Of a DNA stretch of 64,000 nt, positions 36,726-51,937 are shown piece by piece (the stretch's first letter is position 1; each line of letters starts with the position of its first letter). The notes under the pieces were generated by a model. It searched no databases. It was not told where the DNA came from and was given only the letters and a program-made list of their open reading frames with translations. Made by a program: the position numbers and the translations under genes. This DNA is from Oopsacas minuta (Eukaryota; Animalia; Porifera): assembly GCA_024704765.1 (NCBI GenBank), contig JAKMXF010000358.1:62001-126000 (forward strand), written 5' to 3'.

Positions 36726-39198
36726 GGATTATCAGAAAATGTGTCATCCCTTGTCACTCCTGTAAACCTCAAGAACGGGACAACTTTTCTATAACAATTT
36801 TTGATATTTTTGTATGGCAAATATAAGGAAAGTGAATAAATGGAGCTTGGTGGAATACGTATGGTAGCAATATAAAAATAAATGTACATACATTCCATAA
36901 TCCAAAACATACAATAAAACTCTGAAAGATGTGTGTGGATAAATGTTTCATCAGACCGATAGTAAGAATAACCCGATGGAAAATGTATTTAAATACCACA
37001 TTCTTTACAATCTGAGCATGAAAAATAGTAAGAAAATACCGAGTGAGAAACACCGGTTTCGACAGTATTTTACTTATTCATAACTATAAGGCCATGTAAA
37101 GTAATAAACTTATTTCTCATCCCGGATATCTCCACACGTCCCTAATTTTGTCCCCCGCCATGAAAGTTAATATTAGCATTGTTTCCAAAGTTATGCATAA
37201 TTCCTTGATCACAGATTGTGCAATCCACATTTTATAAATGTAGATTGCTGGGTCAATACTCAATAGACTTAGATATATAAGATCCGGGAGATCGAGGTGG
37301 TAGTTTATACATAGTAGAAACTTGGACTATGGGGTAGGTTTGGATAATTGAAAATAACCTAATCGAGGTTGTACTGCACTGGCATTCGGTTTCAGAAATA
37401 TATTTGGTGACCAACCGAATACTAAATGCTGGACTATTAGGCCAATATATTTAACTCACCGAATATTGAACTATTCGGTTGCAACCTTGTTAATTATAAC
37501 TGCGACCTCGATTTTCCGAACTCATTCGGATTGTCCCAAAGCGTTAGATTAATCTACCTTCCTGATTATCGAGGCCGTTTATACATAGTTGAATAGGAAC
37601 TGGGACCAGGGGGAATGTTCGGATAATCGAAGATTCACTATACTATAGACAAAAGAGTTTGGACTCTACATAAGTATAATGAGAGTAATGAAATTCATGG
37701 ATGAGCGAGCGTAGTGAGTGAGAAAAAATTTGGCGTCCAGCGATATAACCCAAAGCCCAGGAGAAATTTGGGCTCCGCACAGGCATTGATTTGATAAATG
37801 TTGGCAGGTATGAGATACGCGAGCTTGGAATACATATTTTTTTTGTGCCGACTACATAGTAAGGGCGTCGGCTCTGGTAGGATTGGTGAGGCTATGAGCC
37901 TACCAATAAATCTCTTCTTCCCATAGAGAGAAATTCAAAATGATTGGTATAGCAATGGCGTATGGGCATAGCCAATAACTTGGCATTAACTTTTGAATGT
38001 TGATAAGAATTTCCCGGATAAGATATAGGTGCTGTTGCGTTTCAGAATTGCTACCTGTACTGGTACCATGGATATCATAATCTGTGTCAGAATTGCTGCC
38101 ACTGTTATATGACTTATTTGATTATATATGCGGAAATTAGTTCCGATTACGCCCCATGATTTTTTATTATGATACATATGAATAAAGATATGTTTAATCA
38201 TTACCTTCGAAGATAAGTAGTAAAAATTTATGATCCTCATTATACAAATGGGGCCTCATACAAATTGTTGCTGTTCTATTTCCAGCTCCTTGTAGCCACA
38301 CTAATCCTATGGAATAGGCTGTCATATCCTAATGCCACTCTTAATATATTTTGTGTACCCCACACATATTCTTGCATACATTTTAAGGTCCTGTGGATTC
38401 TGGTTGGCAATCGCTAATGTAATGTATCAAATAATCTGGCCTACTATCAATTTTTGAAAATTATTACAACTTTCCAGTACTAAACCGTCTCTTATTCGGG
38501 TAAGACAGATATAGCCAGCGGGCTGGCCCCGATTCCCTAAATTCTTTTTCAAAATCCTTAATTGTATCCAATTCTATTGCAGACAAGAACTTCCTGCTTA
38601 GTGGTGAACCCGGTTCTCAAATACCTGCAATATTCTAATATGAAACACACATAATCATGAATATCATCGAATAATTGGATCAATAACATTTCAGTAACTA
38701 GATATATCGCTTTCAGATACATCCAGGAGGTACGGACACACTAGGACCAGGTAGAGTCCACCATAACTGGCCCTAGGGACTTTAGAGTCGACCAAAACTG
38801 GTCTGGTCTGGTCAACTGGTTATAGTCGCCCCTAACTGCTTTCCCCCGCACCAATTATGGAATAACAGCTGAAGAGGGGGTATCCAGACTGTCCAACCTT
38901 TGGACAGTATCTCGTCGTGATTTTTTACTGTGTAGTGATTAGAATGTGACGAAACCCCAGAATTCTTAGAACATCTGTATGTATACTGACTTTTCCCACC
39001 GGAATCATTTTTAATTATGAATTATCTAGCAATTAAGATATTAAAGAATTTCTAATTATAACATAGCTAAGTAAGTAGTCTTAGAAAATAGCTGCTATGC
39101 TCTTGATTATATAAGTGAACACATTTTTGAATTTTGTACAATCCTGGTGTTGACTGAAATTTATTCACTTGTCATCTACAATTACTTTAACACACATA

Positions 39199-39530
39199 CA
39201 GTCGAAATCATTTTTTCCCCCCAAAATGCCCCTAAAACGCTAAAACCCGGTAGGCAAAATAATTCGTTTCAACTACGAAAGCATTATTTGCTTATAGGGT
39301 GAAATTCTTAGTCGTTCACCGAATTAAGCTATGTAGTACAAGACAACCAAAATAATGTTTAAGCATGATATTAAACTAAACAATTATCAATATTTAATCA
39401 TTTTGACAAATAAAAATTGCGATCGCAATCGGGAATTATTGATCACTTGACACATGGAAGAGGGTAAGAAACAGAGGCAAAATATTCCGAAAGAAATGTA
39501 TTCAAACTGCACATTTTACATGACCAAGGA
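39199..39530 (+). mobile_element. Partial copy of the TA-flanked MITE family seen complete at 53547-54040
   Basis: Shared blocks CCCGGTAGGCAA, CAACTACGAAAGCATTATTTGC and CACTTGACACATGGAAGAGGG. Confidence 0.55.
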
Positions 39531-41332
39531 AGCACAAAAACCAGAAATGACGTGAGATTACACTTTACGACCTCTGAAAAAGTACGAGAGTTGGTATCTC
39601 TGTGTGAATATATTATTAATTATTAGATAAAAATACTTTCCCAGGCTAAACTTAACCACTATACTATAGGTATAGTCGGATCGCTAAGGTAAAATCGCCT
39701 ATTCCTATCCCGACCCAGGATGCTTCGGGATTCAGGATTTGAAGCATAATCGTGATGGTTGGACAGTCTGGGTATGTGTTATCCGAGTTATACTCTACTT
39801 GCGCGCTTCATTTTCTAATATTATGAAATTCTCAAAAATATCGAAATTTGGAGAATTTGATTTTTTGTCAATAATGATGACGTAATAATCCCATGATGAG
39901 TTGCATTTGACCAAAATCATAACGTGACAACATGTGGCATATTGAGGGGTACCTGTGATTCAAATTTCAAACTTCTATCATGCATATTGGCTGAGCAGTG
40001 GTTCATAATGTGATATTTCGAAAATCCAAAAAGGTGACAATGACGTCATAAATTCGATCGCACACTCAGAACACTCCTAAATCCGCACTGTATATACACA
40101 CATATACATATAGATTAATTGCGTTTTAATAGCACAGATTAATGTTCCTATTAAGCTTAAATCTACCTTGGGGCATGTCTCCAAGACCTCTTAATAGCAA
40201 CTAGCTATGCTTGCTCTGTAACTCCTGATACTCGACTCGACTGGTTTTATTCTACACACCCAAAGTGACCAGCCAACTGTTGGTTTGACCAGCATTTATA
40301 GCATTAACTTGTATTACTAAATTTATATTTTAAAATTATCCTATTATTTCTACAGATTATCCACTCAATCAGGCTTTCATCTTCATACGCCTACAGATAT
40401 ATTTGCTAAATTCGTGCGCCTCTAGACGCGCCGCATACGCCTGGATAATACCCTGATTTCAGCTCTATTTGAGATGGGTAAAATATAGTTTAGAACTGCA
40501 CAAATTGTTTCCAGCCGCATGTTAAAAAAAAAACCTGTATTAATCAGGGCTCTCAACTCTCACGATTTCGGCCTACACTTACTACAAAATCCTTGGTCTT
40601 TTCTTAGTAAACTATACTAAATCGTTATTCTCACGATTTGAAAGTTCCCTGGTTGAGAGCCCTGATAGGTATGTATCTGAAATATTACCAATGAAGAACG
40701 TCGCTTAACTGGTTAGATAATGGTATTATCTTTGGCAACTATTAATTGGAAACATGTTTCAGCTCCACCACTTTAATCTGATTTGGCTACCGCACGAATA
40801 TTGCCATTATCAGTGTTTTCCAGGATTCTTTGGCCAAAGGGCACAATCTGTAGGTCGATCTAGAAGGAGGCGATGGAGCGATTGTAAGAGAGGGGTTAAG
40901 GGAGTTTATCTCGATTAGCCGAAATTTTTTAATTCGTATTAACTCTGATGGAGTTATTCCTATCCTGGAAATTTTTCCAAATAAGCTGTTTTCCCGATTA
41001 ATTGGTGCTCAATTAAGAGGAGTTGGCTGTATCGTCATTCTACAAGTATTCATTCATTTTGCCCTAAATAGAATACATTTCTAGTTTCTCAAATGATAAT
41101 AAAGAACACTTAATATCGGCGGTAAAATTTGTCGGCGAGACTTTTTTATTTTCTGTGTTGGAAGGGTCATTTTCAGGGATGCTATTCATTGTAACATGGA
41201 TAAAAACACTGATTTTTGCGATAAATTTTCATCAAATACAATTGATCTATATTTGATTATGATTCTACTGGCCTGAATTACCCAGTAGTAAAAAATTTAG
41301 CAAGGTTTGCAGCCAATATTATGTGTGCAATA

Positions 41333-41452
41333 CACGTTTTTTTTTTTATAAGGAACCCTAATTCAAACTTCAGGCTGAAGTTCCTTATTTTTTTTGCCAA
41401 TTCTCAGCCTGGAGTTCCTTATAAAGGTGTTCCTTATAAAAAAAACAACGTG
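41333..41452. mobile_element. 120-bp TA-flanked MITE; partial copies at ~41530-41627 and ~44355-44440
   Basis: TA|CACGTTTTTTTTTTATAAGGAAC ... GTTCCTTATAAAAAAAACAACGTG|TA. Confidence 0.65.
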
Positions 41453-42200
41453 TATAGACGATGTTGAAATATTCTTGATAAATTAATAAATGATACTATG
41501 ATAGGTATATTATTTATGGGTTTTATAATCTCAGGCTGGGCAGTTCCTTAAGAGTTCCTTAATTTTTTGCCAATTCTCAGCCTGGAGTTCCTTATAAAGG
41601 TGTTCCTTATAAAAAAAACAACGTGTATGTGGCAGAAGTGGCATATCACTGATTATTGGGAACAAGACGGGATAAATTTGAAAATTGTTTGAGGTATTTC
41701 TAAACTGATTTGCAGTCATTTGCACAGTTGGAAATACTGCCAATTTTGGAACATTTATTAACATATAAAGTGCTGCATAATTATTAGAAATCTTCAACTT
41801 CTGCCTCATGGGGCACAATTAAGGTTGTAAATCCTCCTTCCTGATTTAGCGTGAAACTCTAGGAATTAGGTTCAGTCACCCTGAAATCAGTAAATCTCAT
41901 CCGGGACATTTGGCTAGTCTTCATGGCAGTATCATCTTTCCATCTTCCAAAGATTTGGGTTTAGGGATCAGCATTCCTAGGTACCTACTATGCATAAGGC
42001 TTCACAGAAACTATTGGATTTGGAGAAGGGATGTAGTCGGCGATGCAGGTACTTTATAGTAGTTTCTTATTTCAAAAACAGTGTGCTTTATTTTTAGCGA
42101 AAGAGATTGCAGAAAAGCGTGCGCGCGCTGCGTAGTCGCTGTAGTCTTTAAGTATCAATCATACATTAATTGGGCCAAAACTGAGAAGTTCAAGATAATA

Positions 42201-43528
42201 CTTGGCATTCAAAAGTTCCCATCCTTAGTTTATAGCCGTCAAACTATACTCGATTACATTAAATGCATAGTATATCCTAATAGTCCAATCAATTACCTAT
42301 TTAATTCTGTTGAGCAATTCACTCTAGCTATTATTTATCTTGATCTATCATACTTACAATTTACCTATTTTCGAGAGTCAACTTATTCATGGCTTCAAAT
42401 CACATCAAGCAAAACCGAACAACGAGCTTACATAAAGATCGTACCGTACTCGGCGACAAACCACTCCAGATACACGAAGATCTCGTCACCGTTAATCATG
42501 GGGAAGCTCTAGCGTATCCCACCGTAAAGGAATGGGCACGTAAATTAAAGGCTGGTAGTGGCAGCACTGAAGACGTCCCTAGCACCAGAAGACCAATTTC
42601 CGCTACCACACCTGGAAATTGCCTTTGAAATTCTGGAAATTTGGATATTGACCCCTATTTGAGCGTTGAAGAGATTGGCCTAATCCTGGACATCTCATCG
42701 AGAAGTGTTCATACAATTCTACAAGATTATCTCAAATATCGAAAGATTTCAGCGCGATGGATACTAAAAATCTTCACAAAGGGGCAAAAGGAGAAGAGGA
42801 TTTCATCCGCGAAAAATTCCTTAAAGAATATAGAGATTGTGAGTCTCGAAGTTATATGAAATCGTTACTGGTGACGAAACTTGGATTAATTTTCTGAACC
42901 TCTGTGTAAGGAACAAAGCAAATCCTGGCTCGCCAAAGGTTCTTATCTCTCCGAAAAGGTACGTCCTGACTTCCGAGACGATAAGGTTCTCTACCGCATA
43001 TTTTTTGATTCGTGTGGGCCAGTGGCTCAAATACCTATGCCTAAAGGGAATGACTCAATGGAGAATTTTACGCAGATAAATTCCTAGGAGAAGTCAAGAA
43101 AGTCTATAAAATACGACGTCCACGCGTACAGGAACTTGAGGAATCAAACTTCTCCACGATGATGCCAGACCTCATGTTTCAAAATACCTTAGGGAAGTCA
43201 TTGAGGATATCGGGTTTGACACGATGGAACATCCTCCGTATTCCCCAGATCTATCACCTTGTGAATTCTGGCTATTTCCTGAGCTGAAAACATCTCGTAG
43301 GACGGCTATTTCATACACAACAAGAGATAGGAAACGGAATTTACCACTACTTCAATTCAGTGGGCCTAGACGAGTATAAAAAACAATTTTCGAAGTGGGT
43401 TGATAGGCTACAACTATGCATGGATGTAGAGGGAGAGTATTTCGAACATTTTATGTAGAAATTTGATTAGTAAGTTGTTGTAGTGTCAAGATATTAAACC
43501 AAGATGGAAACTTTTTGAATGCCCTAAG
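42201..43528 (+). mobile_element. Degenerate mariner (Mos1-like) element, ~1.33 kb
   Basis: TA-flanked TIRs CTTGGCATTCAAAAGTTCCCATC and GATGGAAACTTTTTGAATGCCCTAAG. Fragments TVKEWARK, RKISARW, VTGDET, HDDARPH and HPPYSPDLSPCEFWLFPELK are broken by frameshifts. Confidence 0.85.
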
Positions 43529-44696
43529 TAGTAACGATTATAATTGCCTCTATGATTGAAATGGACGAATTCCCGCCGATAAAATGTAATACAATTATCC
43601 TCGTTAACATTTCTTTTACATTCACAGCTCTGAATTTTCCAGTGAATTATGAAAGCAAAATGGCGTCATTTGGCTAGCCCACCAGTGAATATATAGTTCC
43701 TACGCCCCTGCCCCCCATAATCATCCTCCCGGAAAGTAACTGAGTGGAGTTTGCAATCCTAGGCACAATTTCGCAAACATACACAAACGTAAGCCAACTA
43801 ACCGCTTTCTAAAATGATAAATTTAGTGATGTAGGAATTCTTGTGGTCAATTAGTGCTGCCAGGCAAAAATTTTCAACACCACTAAATATACAATTATAT
43901 AACCTGGATATAGCCCAACATTTGCAAATACATAAGATATGATACCAGAAAGAACCATTATAGTTAACATTGTCCAGACTAAGTCTATGAAAACATTTCC
44001 GATTATATATTTTCTAGTAACACTTTGCTCATTAAATAGATTATGAGCAAAATAATATAATTATACTGCTACTAGTTGTACAATATTCAAATGAGGTTGA
44101 TAATTCACCTTGTCATTGATTAACTTTGACTGATTAAGGTCGAAGTCTTACTTACGTAATGCAAAGGAACACTAAAATTTTACAACTTCGTTTTAACCCA
44201 ATCCCGCACCAAAATCGAGATTTTGAACACCTTTTTGACATCACAAAATCATACATTTTCCTTGTTGTATTCGTTAAATAACTGAGAAGTTATGGACAAT
44301 ATTGAATTAATTACATTTTCTATTTACTTATATAAATTTCAAATATCAGCAGATCTGAGGCTTAGCAGTTCCTTAAGAGTTCCTTAATATTTTACCCAAT
44401 CTCAGCCTGAAGTTCTATGTAATGGTGTTCCTTATGAAAAATGTCCAGCCGACAGACTAGTAGTGCACCACGAGTTATGTGTTTTTGTTCTTTTCTGGGG
44501 AGCACGCTCCCCCTGACACCCCATGTAGATGCTCAATCCACCATCCCAACTGATTTAGGCTACTTGGCTGGATCTGTGAAATATTTCAGGATATTCAACA
44601 TCATTAGCCACTGCAGAACTTTTTTTATCCTTAAATCCTATGGATAAAATTCTAAATATTTATCCTGCAATTACCTCTGTCTAACCTTTGAACGAG

Positions 44697-45000
44697 ATCA
44701 CTAGCATCTATTTGAAATATTTGCAAAAAAGTGTGAAAATTTTATCAACCACACGATTAATCACTGAGTGAGAGATTTGAAAATGTCAAAATTGGTATCT
44801 ACATACTTGATTATCCCTGACTAGCAGTTGAAACAAAATCTCTAGCATCTTTTTCAATAATATGCAAAAAGGTGTGAAATATGATTAATCATATGAAAAA
44901 GCTGTGAATTAGTTACTTCCGAGGTCTGAAAATCTCAAAATCGGACTTTACATACCCAATTACCCCTGCCAAAATATTGAAACGTAATCTCTAGCATAAA
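44697..45000. repeat. Degenerate ~140-150-bp tandem units; related segments at ~49060-49110 and ~49690-49820
   Basis: Repeated CTAGCATC...GCAAAAAxGTGTGAAA...AAAATxTCAAAATxGG...TACATAC...ATTAxCCCTG. Confidence 0.45.
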
Positions 45001-46721
45001 TTTGACAAAAACTGTACTATAATATAACTGAGCTATATATAAGTTATTTGTTAATTTTAATGTGTATTTCAGTTAATATAACCCATTTGGAACTTAAAAC
45101 CGTTAAAATTTCAATTAACCTTCATATATTTAAGTTGAAACGAATTTCTATGCAGATATTCGTAATAAGCAGGAAATTTCCTTTCATTATAGCAGTATTA
45201 GCTTTCCTATCTTTGAGGAAAGGCCATTTCTCGGATTAATGAAAGTCACCTTTTCGATTGAGGGTATGTGGTTTTTGTATTACAAAAACTGTACTATACT
45301 ATAGCTCAGCTATATATAAGGGATCAATAAAATTGTATCAACTTTCATATTTAGGTCCAATCGATTTACAATGCAGATATTCATAACCAGCGTGATATTT
45401 CCTTGATAATTATCACAGGAATGTACTATATTCCATTCACAAAAGTGGACAAATTATGGTCAATGTACCCGTTAAATTGCTGGAAATTTGATGCTGAGTA
45501 CAAATCTGGTCGTTAAAAGTTGATTTGAGATTAGAAAAGGTTATCGCCTGGAGGATCTGTTGCGAAATTGCTGACAGCAACTATTTAAAATCCTTTTTGA
45601 AGGTCAATAAGTCATAACTCAGGTTGGGAATAGAGATTTTCGGACTCTACAGGTTCGAGTTATTCTAAAAACACTTTTCCCAAAAATTAACAGCAAATGC
45701 TTTGACACGTCTAAATTTCAAGAAATGGAATCAGACTATCAGATAAATTTGGCTTGTTGATTTGTATATGCCGGACACTAATCTAACTGCCGAAGGGTGA
45801 CACCTCTGCTCCATCCAATGAATCTTTTGATATTTCTAAATTATTATCAGATAGTCGAATTGGTTGGACCACCTGACCTTGAATACCCATCATTAATTGC
45901 TCTCCTTATAAACCATTGTTTTACCTTGGCAACGATCTTAATAAAAATCCAGCTTGCTGTAAAGGATCACATTAGCGTAATTTGTTTCACTCTCAAGATC
46001 GTTATTGATTAAATAAATTTGTATCATATTATCTTCTTCTTTATCTCTCTTTACATATCTAAAATTATTTACATTTATGAGATTAATGTATATTTTTCGC
46101 AAGTTCATTGTGAAAATGATCATGTGTGAATAGATGACTGTAATAATTATATTTATGTACAGTACACCCTCGCTATCCGAACAGCACTCTTACAATAGCG
46201 AAATAATTAGTTCAGATTAGTGATTGGCATTGAAACGATATTATTGGAACTAAGAAGACATAATTAATAATGTTGTACATACGATGAAAAGGCTGTCAAC
46301 TTGTGTGATATAGTATTAGAAATTTGTCCTCAGTAGAATTGGATAAAATTAGGCTTCTTGGAATATTTTTTGTACCCTTTCCAAATGCTGTTCATCATTA
46401 GGCTCTTTTCGGATTAGCGAGAGATTCTACTGTACTCACCTTCCAAAGATTTGATATAACATTGTCTGGCACATAAGTCATTTTCTTGTGGTGATATGCC
46501 TAGAGCATATGACGACACGGTAAGCCCCAACTAGACTGGAATAAACAGAAACATGAGGGAAAAGTTGTTTTCCGTAGAAGTTGTAGATGACAATCCCAAG
46601 TCAATATCTATCAATTGCTCAGATTCGACGCCACCGAGAGTAATTTATGGAGAGATAAAGATTACATTGATATGTTGGTCCATAGCATTCAATACATTAA
46701 GGCATAGACTACTATATCATA

Positions 46722-47470
46722 CAGATAGGAAAGTAGCCGAGCAACGAATAGAAAAGAGAGGCCATTTATATAAATCTCTTAAAAGTTAAATTAACCCTTT
46801 TAAATTTGTGAATTGAACATTTTAGGGTTAGAAATGTGAAGAATCAGTTAAGATTACTTAAAAAGTTCAAACGGCCATCCTTCATCTTGTTTAGGCGCCA
46901 TTTATGCGATGACGTTAGCATTTATATAATTTCACTATTTTCTCAAATATTTTTGTTAAAAATGTATTTTAACTTTATGCTTATATTGTTTGAATCCGTA
47001 CATGTACTTCACACTCAAGTTGAATCCGTGTTTTAGAGATAGCTTATTGGAAGAAAATTTTCTGAATTATACCATGCACATGAAATAATATATTTATCAA
47101 AAATCTATTTATGAATTTTCACAAATATGATTAGAAGATGTAATCCGAATTCTATCCTAAATAAACGTGCTAATTATTAATACCATATGAATAAATAGAG
47201 GACATTAATTCATCGAAATACAAGAATTTCAGAAAGTAAAAAAATTTATATTTTTATGAGCATTTGTGTGAATTTTGGTGTCGTGATTTGAATGAGGCTA
47301 AACGAGATGAAGGATGGCCGTTTGATCTTTTTAGGTAGTCTTAACTAATTCCTTACATTTTCTAACCCTAGAAAATTCAATTCTCCCCTTTTTAAGGGTT
47401 AATTTAACTTTTATGAGTTTTATATAATGGCCTCTCTTTTTTATTCGTTGCTCGGCTACTTTCCTATCTG
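46722..47470. mobile_element. Fold-back MITE with ~200-bp TIRs
   Basis: CAGATAGGAAAGTAGCCGAGCAACGAATA...CAAACGGCCATCCTTCATC is mirrored at the right end. Confidence 0.7.
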
Positions 47471-47500
47471 GATTATATAGTAGTCTATGATTAAAGCAAG

Positions 47501-48555
47501 GATAGTTCATTGAAATTTTGAACCAGGGACAGGGATATATAGCAATGAACCTATATAGAGAATCTAATTATTTCCTATAGCATAAAATAGTACACTTTTC
47601 TCGACTAAATGTATTAGTGATATTTAAGTATACACACAATCAATATCTACAAATGTTTTTAGGACGAAATGACCTCAGCAGATTGCTTACTAGACAATTT
47701 TGTTACCAAAAATGCCCAATTTCAAAGCGCTATAAAGAATCTATTATTGCATATTTTATTACAAAAAGTAAGCGATTTCAAGATGTTTTCATGCAATTGT
47801 CATAATAAAGTTCGCCCGTTTCAGAGTTATAGTAGTGACCGTAAATTTTTGTAATAAAATATGCAATAATAGAATTTATAGAGCTTCCAAATGGGGCATT
47901 TTTGGTAACAAAATTGTCTAGTAAGCAATCTGCTGGCGCCATTTCGTCCTTGAAAACTTTTGTAGATAATGATTGTGTGTATTGTTAAATGTCACTAATA
48001 CATTTAGTCGGGCAAAAGTGTACTACAGTAAAACCTCCAAAAGGTGAACACCCTGTGGACCAGCAAAATGTTCACTTTTCATGATTTATCATAAAGTGTT
48101 TTTTCGAAAACAATGGTAGTAAAATGTGTGAAAGCATGGTACAAGCGAATATGTTGTCTCTTCTGCCCATTGTATGAGGAAGTCTCTAGTATATTGTGAA
48201 GCCACATCATCAAACGTCCCTGCTTTCACAATTAGTGCGATGACAAAGCTGACAGCCAAGTCAGAAACCACCCAGAAGTACCGATGTTCACTTTGAAGAG
48301 GTCATATCCTATGCAATTTGACATTTGGGACCAAATTCAGTGTTCACATTTCACTTTTCAGAGGTGTTCACATTCTAAAGGGGTGAACACTATGTAAAAC
48401 AATGGAGAAAATTTGGGACCAAGAAAAGTGTTCATATTTTGGAGGTGTTCACTTTTGGAGGTTTTACTGTATTTGATACTATAGGAAAATTTCGATTCCC
48501 TATAAGATTCATTGCTATATATCGCTGTCCTTGGTCCAAATTTCAATGGACTATC
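47501..48555. mobile_element. Fold-back MITE whose right arm is interrupted by a Tigger-like MITE (48026-48469)
   Basis: The left arm ...ATAAAATAGTACACTTTTCTCGACTAAATG... is mirrored by ...GGCAAAAGTGTACTA|insert|TTTGATACTATAGG.... The insert is TA|CAGTAAAACCTCCAAAAG...CTTTTGGAGGTTTTACTG|TA. Confidence 0.75.
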
Positions 48556-50522
48556 AAAGCCTTAGTGTATAGAATGCAATGGTATGGTTGGTCTTAAGAG
48601 ACAAATTTTGTAATACGCGTGCTATAATTTACCTGCACAATTATCTTCAGACATATAATTAGATTCGTCTGAGTTAAAATAGAAGCAATATAGAAAGCAC
48701 TGTGCTCTTTGTGCTCTTACGATGACTAATGCAAACGGAGCTGAGTGATGTTTTGTTTCCAAAGATAGTAACCCTATTCGGTACTAGGAAGAGTTTAAAA
48801 GTGTTGCCCCATAAACCATAACAAGAAATAGAGAGTAGCATTCTCAGTTGGAATATTCCTACATTGCGCTGCGCGAAGTAGGAATATATCTAAAAACTGT
48901 CCAGCTGAGAGGGTGGCAGTGCAGCTCAGGCCTCATGTTTCTTGCAGTTGAATAAAATTATTATTCTTAGAAAGAAAATTTTGATACTATTCAAAGTATG
49001 AGCCAAATGCATTAAACACGATTAATTATAGAATAAATCATGTAGATGTATATTTGAAATGTCAAAATTGGAACCTACATACCCGATTATCCCTCACTAG
49101 CTGTTAGGTAATGTTAAATTAATTACTTGTTTCTCTTTCGGAATTTCTTTAGAAACTGGCATGGTGGGTAATGTTTCATTTTTATTTTTATAGGACAGTT
49201 AATACACACATAAAATATTTTGACCCTTTGAATATCTCACCACATTCTCTCCGGGCATGGAAATATTGAATTTTTTAACTATGCAACTAGCAAAATGTGG
49301 ATTGCACACTCTGTGACCAAAGAATTACCAAAAATTTGGAAAAAATACAAATATAAACGGGGGCAAAATTTGGGACGGCCGCGAATGATAAACAATTATA
49401 TTAATTTACATGGCCTTACTATAAATTTTATACAAACATTTTGAAATAAAAGCAAAAAGGTATGGAAATATAATGAATAATTAGCGTGCTGTGCTTGCCC
49501 GCGCAGCTCGGATCTAGCATACTTTGTTACCCCATTGTAGCCATTAAGAGCAAGCCTTTACATATATTTTGAAATTTGGCTAATTTGTTCATACTGTAAA
49601 TCCTTTCCTTGACAACGTATAAACTAACAAATAAACAACAATGGAGATTTAATAATATAGTATGACAAATCTGTGAATTTATAAATTTCAGATTGTGTAA
49701 ATTTCAAAATCGGACTCTATACACCTAATTACCCCTGACAACATGTTGAAAGCTAGTCCCTAACATGCTTTGTATTTTACATAGAAAGGTGTAAAAATAT
49801 GATTAATCATCAAAAAGTTGTGAAAATATCACTTTAGAGAGAATTCATCCCGAGGTGCAATCTCCGACCTAAAATGTATAAGTGCACCAATTTTCATGTA
49901 AATCGGACTGCTAGCATTAGTACATCTTCCTAAGGAGCTGCACGGATAATAACCCTTTTCCAACTTTCTGTCGCTAATAGGAAATCCTACTTGGCGCGGA
50001 ACAACATGTTTCAACATTTTTAGATGAAAAATATATTTTGGGACACAGCAATCCCACTATTATCCAACTTCGTTTTTCCGAATTATACAGTCTCGGTTAT
50101 CCGAACACCTTCGTTATAAACATTAAATTTAAAGTTCGGATAAGGGAAATATATGAAAATGATGATTTTGTAATTTTAATATTTGACAGCATATCTATGC
50201 CAATATGGGCATAAATGACCATAATCACAAGGAAACTCAGGGCTAAAGTAACCTCAAGCTCCCTACAGACATGAAATTAGTACAATTTTAACAGACTAAG
50301 TGATATTCTAGCTTTTCGGATAACCGAGGTTCGGATAAGTATGTATGTATGTATGTATGAGTGGACGCAGATTTTCCTCCCGCTCTACAAATACAACCCG
50401 TATAATTCGAATATGCTATCATCAGAATTGGTAGATCTCATTTGAATTTTGTGTAATTAGAAATTGAATAATTTATTAGCTCATTATCTATTTTATAAGC
50501 AACGTGGGGCTAGAAATACCTA

Positions 50523-50939
50523 CAGTCAAACCTGCTTAACGGCCACCTCTGTATAACGCTCACTTGCACATAGTAGCCACCTAAAATCAGTCCCCTCCGA
50601 TTTTCCCATTGTAATGACCTCTCTATAGCGGCCACCTGCTCAACGCGACCAGCGGTCACAATTTTTGGTCCCTTACTGGTGTTAAACTTGTCTATAACGG
50701 CCACATTATATAGTGGTCTCCTCCTATAAGATCTACCTTTGACAAGTCCCTTGGTTGCCCATTATTATCTACTTCCACTATATTATCTTAATTATCGATC
50801 ACTTGTCTTAAAGGCCAACTTCTCTATATCAGCACCATTAACATAAAGTTACTACCACACTACCGTATAACAGTCAACCTTTCTATAGCGGCCACTTTTG
50901 GCCAGCCCCTTTGGTGGCGGTTATAGACAAGTTTGACTG
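50523..50939. mobile_element. Tigger-like MITE
   Basis: TA|CAGTCAAACCTG ... CAAGTTTGACTG|TA, with repeated GCGGCCAC/ACGGCCAC motifs. Confidence 0.65.
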
Positions 50940-51937
50940 TATTTGGAAGAATTTTCATAGATTAAGTCTGAACAGTGTTAAGTGACATGGTTAAATAGTT
51001 ATTACAGTGTATTATCGCATGCCAATGCAATTGTTCGCAGTATAACCATGTTATACTATAATTAGAAATTTAGTAATAGCAAGTACTGTCGATCCTACAT
51101 AAACCGACACTCGTTGGGATAGGAATATAGTGTCGGTTTAGCAAATTGTAGGATTATGCAGGTGTATTTGTATGGTTTAAAGTAATTTTAGATTAGAAAC
51201 ACTGTCGGATTATACAGGTTTCGGTTCGTGCAGGTTCCACTGTTGTAATAGCATTTTCTTAACTTAAATTGCAAGGTAAATTGATCAATCCTATCGCAAC
51301 AAGACAGTTATTCATATCATTAATTTATTTCACTTAAATCAGTAAAATATTTCCCCATGGATTCCAACAATAACAGGCTACCAATAAAGAAAGCAAGTGA
51401 ATAAAATGAAAATTTATCTTATTTAAAAATTGGTAGAACCTGCATAAACCGTAATCTGTATAATCTGGAAGACCTCTATAATCCAACAGTGTTTCTGATC
51501 TGAAATAGCTTTACACAGTACAATTTGCTATACCGACACTATTTTCATGTCCAAACGAGTGTCGATTTATAGAGGTTCTACTGTATACGATATCACTATA
51601 GTTCGAAAATTCGCTATATGTTTATGATTATACCTACTGAAGTGTTTAATATAGCAATAGTAATGTTTTGTGTTTTCTATGGCAATAATAGTGTTTTCTA
51701 TGGCAATAGTGACAAATGTACCTATAACGTTTCTATCACACTTAGTATGTAATTGAAAGATGTTATACAACTTGCAATTTGCAATTAAAAGTGTATATAC
51801 AATGTTAGCCAGCGCAGTTGCAGACCCGTGGTCTTGTTTCATCTGATCCATTTAAACTATACTATATATTTATGTAAATGTATGTTGTAACTCTGTTCTG
51901 AGATAATTAACTATTCTTATAGTTTATCTATAAAGCA

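Noticed and set aside
31920-41300. Numerous 60-140-aa ORFs in this interval
   Set aside because: I recognise no domains. They have low-complexity AT-rich composition and overlap MITE fragments, so they are treated as chance ORFs.
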